From assembly GCA_026396205.1 (NCBI GenBank), contig JAPLXF010000066.1:1-41009 (forward strand): a stretch of 41,009 bases of DNA, given 5' to 3'. Positions 7,849 through 15,153 of this stretch are shown piece after piece. The stretch comes from Candidatus Moraniibacteriota bacterium. Its GTDB lineage: Bacteria; Patescibacteriota; Minisyncoccia; Moranbacterales; UBA2206. Numbering within the stretch: the stretch's first letter is position 1; every line of letters begins with the position of its first letter. The notes under the pieces were generated by a model, which saw nothing but the letters and a program-made list of their open reading frames with translations, was not told the origin of the DNA and searched no databases. A program made the position numbers and the translations under genes.

Positions 7849-8098
7849 TTATTTTATTTATTCTCCAATTGTTTCCAGAAACCTTTTTAATCCTAAATTC
7901 AGCCTTTTCCAAAGCCGTATTTTTGGCAATATTTTTGAGTCCAAACTCCAAATTTTCCAGATTTATATCTTCCGTATGATCAGTATGAGTAATCATTCCA
8001 ATTTCAATATCTACGCTTTTAACTTTAATTATCCCTTTGTTAAGGGCAATTTTTTTTAACGTTTCAATTATTTCTTTGGCTAGTAAAAAATCGTGCAT
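7841..8098 (-). CDS. hypA: HypA-like hydrogenase nickel-insertion protein, N-terminal domain only (no Zn-finger)
   Basis: Starts MHDFLLAKEII (MHE-type Ni motif), then KVKSVDIEIG; 85 aa with no Cys, so CxxC...CxxC is missing; ATG at 8098 because upstream codons read through type-A copy 3. Confidence 0.5.
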   Translation of the reverse strand: MHDFLLAKEIIETLKKIALNKGIIKVKSVDIEIGMITHTDHTEDINLENLEFGLKNIAKNTALEKAEFRIKKVSGNNWRINKISA

Positions 8099-8268
8099 GC
8101 CAATTTTGTCTGCGAGCGTAGTGAGCAGGAACAAAATTGAGCATCCCGCACCAATTCGCAGTATAAACTTCTTGTTAAATTAAACTTAAGCCGCAGGCGA
8201 CAACGCACACAAAACTATAAACTATAACCAGCCTTTGTTGGAATTTGGTGCTGGGATACTATAATTAT
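8099..8268 (-). repeat. Type-A structured leader element, copy 3 (ends 2 nt before hypA AUG)
   Basis: Near-identical in its conserved blocks to copy 4; closing stem 8143-8157 / 8240-8257, box GCCGCAGGCG, terminal hairpin CAAUUUUGU/ACAAAAUUG. Confidence 0.8.
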
Positions 8269-8287
8269 AACCTAAATATCATTTACT

Positions 8288-9193
8288 TCAAAAAGGCGTT
8301 TTCTTCAAAATATCCGTCTTGATTTTGTTCGTATTCCCATGTTTTAATAGACCAAAAAAATAAGAATTTATTGTTTCCGGCGCAGGATTTTCTCTTATTC
8401 TTTTTATCATTCTTTTCTTTGTTTTTGTTCGCAAAACTCTATGATCAGAAAAGTTTACCCAACCGAGAAAATCTACTCCGGAATTAAGCGTTTTTATATA
8501 AACTTTATCCGGATGCAATTCCAACTTTAATTCGTCTTTTAAGAATTTACTAATTATTTCAATTTGTTTTTCCAGCCAAGTTCTATCTTTGGAAAAAATT
8601 ACGAAATCATCGGCATAACGGATATAATATTTGACTTTTAATTTATGCTTTACGAACTGGTCAAATTTATTCATATAGATATTCACGAAAAGCTGGGAGG
8701 TTAAGTTGCCTAAAGGCAAGCCAATACTGTTAATATCCTTCTCATTTCTAAGGAGAGGGTGGGGTAAGGTAAAACTTTCTATAACATTTTCCAAAAGCCA
8801 AACAATATTTTCATCTGAAATATACTCTTTCAAAATACTAACTAGAACTTTGTGATCTATATTAGCGAAAAATTTTCTAATGTCGCATTTAAGAATCCAG
8901 CAGGTTTTAGTATTGTTTTTGCTGACAATATGGGCAAATTGGCGAAATCTATTAATGGCTTTGTGCGTGCCTTTGTTGTTCCGGCAGGAATACGAATCGG
9001 CAATGAAAATTCTGTCAAAAAATGGGTAAAGTTTCCGGTAAATGGCGTGATGCAACAATCTGTCCCGGACTGTCGCTTTATGAATATCTCTGGGTTTCGG
9101 ATCATTGATTTTAAAGGCTTGATACCCGCCGTGTTTGTAGGTATGATTTAAAAGTTCGCTGTGAAGCAAAAATATGTTATCCATCAGACGCAT
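8288..9193 (-). CDS. DGR reverse transcriptase
   Basis: RT motifs PKPRDIHKA, ILKCDIRKFF, GLPLGNLTSQLFVNIY (DGR-type motif 4), YIRYADDFVIF, GVDFLGW; adjacent TR/VR pair. Confidence 0.9.
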   Translation of the reverse strand: MRLMDNIFLLHSELLNHTYKHGGYQAFKINDPKPRDIHKATVRDRLLHHAIYRKLYPFFDRIFIADSYSCRNNKGTHKAINRFRQFAHIVSKNNTKTCWILKCDIRKFFANIDHKVLVSILKEYISDENIVWLLENVIESFTLPHPLLRNEKDINSIGLPLGNLTSQLFVNIYMNKFDQFVKHKLKVKYYIRYADDFVIFSKDRTWLEKQIEIISKFLKDELKLELHPDKVYIKTLNSGVDFLGWVNFSDHRVLRTKTKKRMIKRIRENPAPETINSYFFGLLKHGNTNKIKTDILKKTPF

Positions 9194-9219
9194 AGAAAAT
9201 TCCTGAACATCTTTTTTGA

Positions 9220-9561
9220 GTAATTTTAAAAGAGAAAGAAGCTTATCAATTTTGGTTAGTTTTACATCGTGATTTTCCCAAAACCGAACGCTACGGATTA
9301 GGCAGAAGAATTGATACTCTTTTTCTGGAAGTTTTGGAATTGAGTTTTACCGCTTCATATCTGCCGCCTGAACCTAAAATAATTCTTCTTGGCAAAGCTA
9401 TATCGCGGCTAGATATTCTCAAATTCTTTGCGCAAATTGCTTGGGAAAACAAATTAATCCACACTGAAAGATACGCCAATCTTTCGCAAAGACTGGAAGA
9501 AATCGGCCGAATGCTTGGAGGCTGGAGAAAGGGACTACAAAAGAAAACTCTCACCCGATAA
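9220..9561 (+). CDS. avd: Avd-like four-helix-bundle protein (23S rRNA IVS protein family), no canonical start codon
   Basis: Open frame from 9220 reads VILKEKEAYQFWLVLHRDFPKTERYGLGRRIDTLFLEVLELSF...LSQRLEEIGRMLGGWRKGL, typical of the four-helix-bundle family that includes DGR Avd; first in-frame ATG/GTG/TTG is TTG at 9334; ATT at 9223. Confidence 0.65.
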   Translation, partial: VILKEKEAYQFWLVLHRDFPKTERYGLGRRIDTLFLEVLELSFTASYLPPEPKIILLGKAISRLDILKFFAQIAWENKLIHTERYANLSQRLEEIGRMLGGWRKGLQKKTLTR

Positions 9562-9575
9562 TGGATGAGAGAAAA

Positions 9576-9701
9576 AAGCAAGTTTCGGAACAACAATCCG
9601 ATGGCGATCCTCGGCACTCCAGACATTGTCGTTCTCGAACCTGTTGACATTGACCTTGAGCTTGTCATCGGAGTTGAAGTTCACGTTGGCAACGAAGAAA
9701 T
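9576..9701 (-). repeat. DGR template repeat (TR)
   Basis: 126 bp matching 10002-10127 at offset 426; at all 10 internal mismatches this copy carries A on the minus strand; intergenic. Confidence 0.9.
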
Positions 9702-9921
9702 GTGCGACAAGCCATCTGCGCCACCATCCATTGAATACTCTCTGGATTGAATCTTATGCGGAACCTAAAAGTTCTCCAGCCTATCGCACCAACTGGCTAT
9801 TTTTTATTTTGAAAAAACGCATCCACTCTTCCGCAAGACATATCCAGCGAAATTCTCAAATGCAGTTTTCAGCAACTTTGATTTGAAGCCGTAGCCGCAA
9901 ATTATTCCGAGCTGCTTTATT

Positions 9922-9949
9922 ATTATACAAAAAAATCCCCTGGATTCAA
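9922..9949 (-). promoter_or_regulatory. Candidate promoter for the TR transcript (TTGAAT-16-TATAAT)
   Basis: Minus strand TTGAAT (9944-9949), 16-nt spacer, TATAAT (9922-9927), overlapping the 3' arm of the post-VR hairpin. Confidence 0.35.
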
Positions 9950-9971
9950 AGTATCAAAGAATCCAAGGGAT
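9929..9971 (-). terminator. Hairpin plus U-run 28 nt downstream of VR (target-gene terminator and/or DGR homing hairpin)
   Basis: 13-bp stem ATCCCTTGGATTC / GAATCCAGGGGAT (one G-U), 11-nt loop, followed by T7 on the minus strand. Confidence 0.7.
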
Positions 9972-9999
9972 TAAGGTTTAAAGAACAAAGGGGAAAGGG

Positions 10000-10686
10000 T
10001 TAAGCCAGTTGCGGAACAACAAGCCGACGGCGAACCTCGGCACTCCAGACAATGTCGTTCTCGAACCTGTTGACATTGACCTCGAGCTTGTCACCGGAGT
10101 AGAAGTGCACGTAGGCAACGAAGAAATTATCATCTGCGTCCTTCGTTTCATCCTTTTTAAATAAAAAGAATGTCGCATAGCCATCAGTTCTGAGCCATTT
10201 GCTGTGTTTTTTTACAAACTTTTTGATCTGTGATTGCTTTAGGCAAAGTTTTTTTCGCTCTGTTGAAAACGAATTAAACATTTGCCGAAAGGTCGCATCC
10301 TCTGACATTTCAAAAACCTGAACGGGAGTTTTGCCTGTAGCTGATGCTTTTTTATCAAGGCCCCAATTTTTGAAATCAGAATCAATGTAAGCAAAAACAT
10401 CTTTTGCGTCTGCCAGCGTTTCTGTCCCGTCACATTCATCAATAATGATGGTTTCGCTGCCGGAAATGAGTTTGAGAAATTTGTTCTCAGTTTTTTTCAC
10501 TCCCTCGACAATGATGCGAGCAATTTTTTCCAGCGTTTTACTTCCGTCAGGAGTTGCTAAGCGATAGATATTTTCCATTGATCCGCCGAATTTTTTTACA
10601 AGCTCAACGAGATTGGAAATAAACGCCATAAAAACTCCCATACCCGATACGATTGCCTCTACATCTTTCTTGCTTCTCGTGCTCAT
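10000..10686 (-). CDS. DGR target (variable) protein, function unknown
   Basis: 228-aa ORF with VR at its extreme C-terminus; strong SD GAGGAG 7 nt upstream of the ATG. Confidence 0.85.
   Translation of the reverse strand: MSTRSKKDVEAIVSGMGVFMAFISNLVELVKKFGGSMENIYRLATPDGSKTLEKIARIIVEGVKKTENKFLKLISGSETIIIDECDGTETLADAKDVFAYIDSDFKNWGLDKKASATGKTPVQVFEMSEDATFRQMFNSFSTERKKLCLKQSQIKKFVKKHSKWLRTDGYATFFLFKKDETKDADDNFFVAYVHFYSGDKLEVNVNRFENDIVWSAEVRRRLVVPQLA
10002..10127 (-). repeat. DGR variable repeat (VR)
   Basis: Last 41 codons plus stop of ORF 10000-10686; differs from TR only at TR-adenine positions plus one T/G mismatch next to the 3' end. Confidence 0.9.
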
Positions 10687-10772
10687 TTTATCTCTCCTCT
10701 TATTTTGGCTTGTCCCTCGCTTCGACCCAATGCCGAAGTCCCAGACTTGCCGGTTTAAAAGTACAATATATT

Positions 10773-10801
10773 AGCATACACCCAAAAGTGTATTTTGTCA
10801 A
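10773..10801 (-). promoter_or_regulatory. Candidate promoter of DGR target gene (TTGACA-17-TATGCT)
   Basis: Minus strand TTGACA at 10796-10801, 17-nt spacer, TATGCT at 10773-10778. Confidence 0.5.
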
Positions 10802-10848
10802 ACGCAAAAGTCAGTTTTTGGCTTAAATAAAGGTTTATATAGAAAAAA

Positions 10849-12108
10849 TCAGTGCACTGCGCAGGAAATACATGGGTCATACGCCCGAATAAAGGCCCGT
10901 AATTTTTTTTCTTTGATTTTATCGTCCAAATTCATAATGCTGGGAATATAAGCTTTGATGTCATCTTCCAGATTGGCTAAAAATTGGGCAGTGGGCGTGA
11001 TGATGTTTACATTTTTTATATAGCCTTTGCCGTCAACTTCCACATGATAATATAAAGTGCCCCGCGGAGCTTCGACAGCCGCGACACCAATTCCTTCTTT
11101 GATTTCATATTTTTTGCTCAACGCTTGGTTTAAATCCGAGTGCAAAAGTTCTTTGGTGATTTTTACCGACTCTTCGATGCAATGAATGACTTCCACCATC
11201 TGGAAAAGAATATTGTGGAAAGGATTATAGTCCGGAAATTTATAATTCAGGCTTTCCAGATATTTGTGGGCCTCCATATTCAATTTGCCCCGGTTGATAT
11301 TCACCCGCGCAATGGCGCCGACCATATAGCTTTGGCCGTTATGTTCCAGAGTTTTTATCACTTGATTTTGTTTTTGGATTTCCTGGAAATTGGTTTCAAA
11401 TTTTTCCACCGGCAAGATTGTGCTTTTGGAAGAAACAATATCGCAATCATAGACGGCATAGGTTCCGCTTTTGGCCAGGCAGACATATTCCGTTTCCCGG
11501 GAAAATTCGGGAATCTTTATTTTCCGGAAAAATTCTCCCAGTTCCAAGGCGATTTTTAAAACTTCGTCGCTTTTTTCCACAAGATTTTTTAGTTCTTCCG
11601 GCTTCGGCACTTTTTTGAATCCACCGACTTCGTTGGTCAAAGGATGGACGACCCGCCCGCCGATTATTCTGACGATATCCATTCCAAATTCCCGGATCTT
11701 AATGGCTTTTCTGGTTTCTTCTGGATATTCTTTAACCAGCTGAATATCATTGTCCATATCCAAAAAATCGGCCAGTGACAGGAAAAACAAATGCAAGGCG
11801 TGGGAATGGATAATCTGCCCGAATTCCATGAGCGTCCGCAATTTTTCGGTTTCCGGAGTAATTTTGACGCCAAAAGCGTTTTCTACCGCTTTGACTGCCG
11901 TCAGATTATGCACCACCGGGCAAATGCCGCAAATCCGCTGCGCCACTACCGGCATATCGGTATAATATCTGCCAATCAAAACGCCTTCAATCAAGCGTAT
12001 GCCTTCCTGAATCTCCAACTTGGCCGACTTGACATCGCCTTGTAAAACACTGGCCATAAATCCGGCGTGTCCTTCCATTTTCGCGATATGATTGATACGA
12101 ATATTCAT
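10849..12108 (-). CDS. [NiFe]-hydrogenase large (alpha) subunit, group-3-like
   Basis: N-terminal RICGICPVVH and C-terminal DPCISCAVH Ni-Fe ligand motifs; ATG 12108 preferred to GTG 12132, which reads through spacer words. Confidence 0.88.
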   Translation of the reverse strand: MNIRINHIAKMEGHAGFMASVLQGDVKSAKLEIQEGIRLIEGVLIGRYYTDMPVVAQRICGICPVVHNLTAVKAVENAFGVKITPETEKLRTLMEFGQIIHSHALHLFFLSLADFLDMDNDIQLVKEYPEETRKAIKIREFGMDIVRIIGGRVVHPLTNEVGGFKKVPKPEELKNLVEKSDEVLKIALELGEFFRKIKIPEFSRETEYVCLAKSGTYAVYDCDIVSSKSTILPVEKFETNFQEIQKQNQVIKTLEHNGQSYMVGAIARVNINRGKLNMEAHKYLESLNYKFPDYNPFHNILFQMVEVIHCIEESVKITKELLHSDLNQALSKKYEIKEGIGVAAVEAPRGTLYYHVEVDGKGYIKNVNIITPTAQFLANLEDDIKAYIPSIMNLDDKIKEKKLRAFIRAYDPCISCAVH

Positions 12109-12135
12109 ACAAATTAAATCCGAATTATTCACGAA

Positions 12136-12513
12136 TTATTTTTTATTTAGAATCCTTTTTGGCTTTAAAGTTGTTTCAGAAAAATTCACTATTATTCCGA
12201 GTTCTCTATTTGAAGCTTTTAGGTATCTTTTCATCTGAACATAATCTTTTGTGGTAATTTCTTTTTTACATTTTATATCCAGAACTATTTTGTCATCTAT
12301 CAGAAAATCAAGTATATTTCCGGTTAGTTTTATTCCTTCAAACTCTATGGGTATCTCGATCTCTCTTTTATAATTTATTTTTTCTTTTTTTAATATTACT
12401 TCGAATGCATCGCAATATTGCTTATGATTACAAAATCTCCCTAATTTATTATGAATATCAAATAAAATTCCATTTATTTTATAAGAAAACTCTTTATATA
12501 AAATTTCTACCAT
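12136..12513 (-). CDS. GxxExxY protein (PD-(D/E)XK-like small nuclease family)
   Basis: 125-aa ORF with the family layout ...EIPIEFEGIKLTGNILDFLIDDKIVLDIKCKKEIT...YLKASNRELGIIVNF; inserted between hydrogenase subunit genes. Confidence 0.65.
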   Translation of the reverse strand: MVEILYKEFSYKINGILFDIHNKLGRFCNHKQYCDAFEVILKKEKINYKREIEIPIEFEGIKLTGNILDFLIDDKIVLDIKCKKEITTKDYVQMKRYLKASNRELGIIVNFSETTLKPKRILNKK

Positions 12514-12567
12514 AAAAATTCGTATTTAATTCAGATGTAATTCGGATTCAAATTCGTATATTTGGAT

Positions 12568-13359
12568 TTAATTCGGATATAATTTGGATTCCCATTCGGA
12601 TATGTCATCTCGGAGACCGTATATCTCCGAAACATTTTCAAGCTCCTCATCTGTCATCATATTTTTGAGCGCAGCGCGCATGGCTTTGACATTGCCTTTC
12701 GGTCGCAGTCCCCGGCAGCCTTGGCACATCATCCGCGAAGTCGGACAGACGGCATCACAGCCGCCCAAAATCATCGGCCCGAAACAGGGTTTTTTATCCA
12801 AAAGCAAACAGCGGTTTCCGCGCGCTTTGCATTCTACACAAACCGGCTGGTCAGGTATTACCGGTATTTTACCCTCAAGTAGTTCCGGCATATATTTTAA
12901 AAATTCTTCGGCATTGATAGGACAGCCGGGAAAAGTAAAATCCACTTTGACGAAATTATCCACTTCTTTGATTTCCGTATTTTTGATTCCCTGGACATAT
13001 TTATAGACATGCTTGATGGTGTTCATACCTTCCTGATAATTTTTGATTTCCGGAATGCCGCCCATGGCCGCGCAATTTCCCAAAACCGCTAAAATCTTAC
13101 TTCTTTCCCTCAGTTTTTTTAAAGTTTCAATATTTTCATCCGTCATCGGATTGCCCTCTACAATTCCAATGTCAATTTTTTCGCCTTTATCTTCTTCATC
13201 TTCCAGAAGCCGGAAATCTACCATTTCAATTTGCGAAACGAAATCCAAAAAACATTCGCCCAAGTCCAAAAGCGCGAACTGGCAGCCTTCGCAGGAAGTC
13301 AAGGAAACTATGGCTATCTTGGGCTTTTTCTTAAAAAAATCTTTAAAATGCTCCAGCAT
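12568..13359 (-). CDS. [NiFe]-hydrogenase small (delta) subunit, group-3-like
   Basis: KIAIVSLTSCEGCQ proximal cluster motif, GNCAAMGG, C-terminal Cys-rich FeS segment CVECKARGNRC...CFGP...GGCDAVCP...CQGC. Confidence 0.85.
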   Translation of the reverse strand: MLEHFKDFFKKKPKIAIVSLTSCEGCQFALLDLGECFLDFVSQIEMVDFRLLEDEEDKGEKIDIGIVEGNPMTDENIETLKKLRERSKILAVLGNCAAMGGIPEIKNYQEGMNTIKHVYKYVQGIKNTEIKEVDNFVKVDFTFPGCPINAEEFLKYMPELLEGKIPVIPDQPVCVECKARGNRCLLLDKKPCFGPMILGGCDAVCPTSRMMCQGCRGLRPKGNVKAMRAALKNMMTDEELENVSEIYGLRDDISEWESKLYPN

Positions 13360-14070
13360 TTATTTTTTATTTATGGCAACCAGTGTTTTTTGGTTGTATT
13401 TTATAATATTTTTTAGTTTTTCTTTATTTAAAATTTCTATGGCAGTATTCCAATGAATGGAAACCCAATCGCCTTTTTTTATTTCCGGCAATATGTTCCG
13501 ATTCCAGCTGATTATTTTTTTCTCCGCTTTCCCCAGTATTATTTTTTTTGAAAATTGCAGCGGCTGCCGGATTACTTCTATTTTATTGGGAAAAATATTG
13601 TTAATTTTTCCCCAGCTGATCCGGCAAAAATCCAATCCTTTTTTAGTTTCCTGAAACCTTCCGGTTACCGAACCGATAGCCAAAACGTGAAAATTATGCA
13701 AAGAAATGGCTTTCTTGGGCAGTTTTTTAATTCTGGCCTCCGGCACTTTTCCTAGTGGCAAAAATTCTTTGGCCATCATTTTTTTGAAATCGGAAACTTT
13801 CACTTTATCCAATAGCGGATTTCCCAGCCAATAGGCTTCTACAACTTTTTGATTCAGCGAATCGGTAATTTTATTGGAGCGCGCGATTAATTGATAGTAG
13901 GGATAAGCACCTTTAAACTCTTTGAGTATTTTTTTAATTCTGCCTTTTAATTTTTTTTCTCCGTTTAAAAAGCGATTGATTATTTTTTTCCGTTCTTTAT
14001 CTTTCGGGCCGCAGAGCCCCAATTTGCAAGGCACATAGCCATATCTGATTGCCAGTTTAACTCCGGACAT
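13360..14070 (-). CDS. Conserved hypothetical protein with HypC-like C-terminal segment
   Basis: N-terminus YGYVPCKLGLCGP; C-terminal FCRISWGKI...KKGDWVSIHWNTAIEIL parallels this window's HypC (MCLTIPKKV...KKGDWVLTQNNFIIDKI); its stop abuts the small-subunit ATG. Confidence 0.5.
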   Translation of the reverse strand: MSGVKLAIRYGYVPCKLGLCGPKDKERKKIINRFLNGEKKLKGRIKKILKEFKGAYPYYQLIARSNKITDSLNQKVVEAYWLGNPLLDKVKVSDFKKMMAKEFLPLGKVPEARIKKLPKKAISLHNFHVLAIGSVTGRFQETKKGLDFCRISWGKINNIFPNKIEVIRQPLQFSKKIILGKAEKKIISWNRNILPEIKKGDWVSIHWNTAIEILNKEKLKNIIKYNQKTLVAINKK

Positions 14071-14953
14071 AGGCCAATTTTAATTTCTTAATAATCTCCA
14101 GACCAAAAGCCACGGCTACTGCCAAAATTACCAAAGCTAGAGCAATATATTCTTTCATGGCTACCGGTTTTAAAAAGGCCATTGATAAAAGCGTGGTTAC
14201 AGGCGAGCCCAGCATCAAAATTATGGCCGCTTCGGAAACTTTAATTTGCTTTAGCCCGGCATACCAACTGGAAACATAGCCCAAAAGTAGAACGCCGGTA
14301 AAAAATATCCAGGCCAGCTGATGAGAATTTATTTTAGCTATCGGTGTTATTTGATGGGTGAATAATAGGAATATCAAAATAAAAATTGAGCCAAAAAACA
14401 TCCGCGCCCACATAACAGTTTTAGCCGGGAGTTCTGCCAGAGCGTATTTGGAAATCACATTTTCTAACGCCCAAAAAAGCGTGGCGATAAAAATCAAAAA
14501 AGTTCCCCAGCCTAAGCGGATGTCGGAAAAATTCAAAAGCAGGATATTGGACAGCATCAAAATCATCCCGGCCAAAAGCAAATTTTTCGTAATTTTTTCT
14601 TTCAAATATACGGCCGCTAAGATAAAAATCCAAATAAACATGGTTTTTTGGATAAAAGAAGCTTCTGCCGCTGTCGTCAGCGACAAGCCTTTAAAAAACA
14701 AAAGAAACGGCACGCTGCCGCCAATCAGGCCGATGGATAAAAGCAGCAGCCATTGTTTTTTCTTGATAATTTTAAAAGATTTAAAATTCCAGGCGCCAAA
14801 AATAATGGCGGTCAAAAATAAGGCTACCAAAGAATTTTTGAGGAAAGTAAAAATATAGGGATTAGCTATAGCCACCGCAAATTTATTCATAAAAATTGAG
14901 AATCCGGAAATAAAAGCCGTGAATAATACTAAAAAATATCCTTTATTTTTCAT
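14057..14953 (-). CDS. EamA/DMT-family transporter
   Basis: 298-aa ORF, about 10 predicted TM helices in two EamA-like halves; overlaps both neighbours (operon-coupled). Confidence 0.7.
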   Translation of the reverse strand: MKNKGYFLVLFTAFISGFSIFMNKFAVAIANPYIFTFLKNSLVALFLTAIIFGAWNFKSFKIIKKKQWLLLLSIGLIGGSVPFLLFFKGLSLTTAAEASFIQKTMFIWIFILAAVYLKEKITKNLLLAGMILMLSNILLLNFSDIRLGWGTFLIFIATLFWALENVISKYALAELPAKTVMWARMFFGSIFILIFLLFTHQITPIAKINSHQLAWIFFTGVLLLGYVSSWYAGLKQIKVSEAAIILMLGSPVTTLLSMAFLKPVAMKEYIALALVILAVAVAFGLEIIKKLKLAYVRS

Positions 14954-15153
14954 TTTTGCTTGCTAAATAATTTTTTAATTTCTAAGGCCTGTTTTGAGGT
15001 AATTTTATCAATGATAAAATTATTCTGGGTTAAAACCCAATCTCCCTTTTTCACTTTTATTAAAGCGCCTACTGATTGCCTTCCCTTTTCTGAATTAACT
15101 GTAATGGAACCATTTTTAACCGAGAGTACTTTTTTAGGAATAGTCAGGCACAT
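14950..15153 (-). CDS. hypC: Hydrogenase assembly chaperone HypC/HupF
   Basis: Begins MCLTIPKKV (invariant N-terminal Met-Cys), GDWVL motif; ATG at 15153, because upstream codons of the track ORF read through type-A copy 4. Confidence 0.8.
   Translation of the reverse strand: MCLTIPKKVLSVKNGSITVNSEKGRQSVGALIKVKKGDWVLTQNNFIIDKITSKQALEIKKLFSKQK

Larger units (their letters stand above)
8288..10801 (-). mobile_element. Diversity-generating retroelement cassette (target-VR, TR, avd, RT)
   Basis: Combination of the component features above. Confidence 0.88.

Noticed and set aside
8288-9193. The RT could belong to a group II intron or a retron.
   Set aside because: There is no maturase X/En domain and no domain V/VI-like RNA flanks. 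I could not find an msr/msd-like inverted repeat pair. The GNLTSQ motif and the adenine-specific TR/VR pair fit a DGR instead.
9291-10184. ORFs 9291-9668 and 9978-10184 share the peptide SRSMSTGSRTT.SGVPR.
   Set aside because: The shared peptide is simply TR and VR translated in a wrong frame. One ORF is antisense to the avd-like frame and the other overlaps the real target frame.
12109-12132. N-terminal extensions given by the ORF track. These are hydrogenase large subunit 12109-12132, amidohydrolase 6036-6068, hypA 8099-8134, hypC 15154-15261, adk 23154-23174, ruvX 21034-21078, ORF 36332-36385 and ORF 38686-38706.
   Set aside because: Each extension starts at GTG/TTG, reads through a recognisable spacer repeat (type A, B, C or word repeats), and precedes an ATG that matches the conserved family N-terminus.
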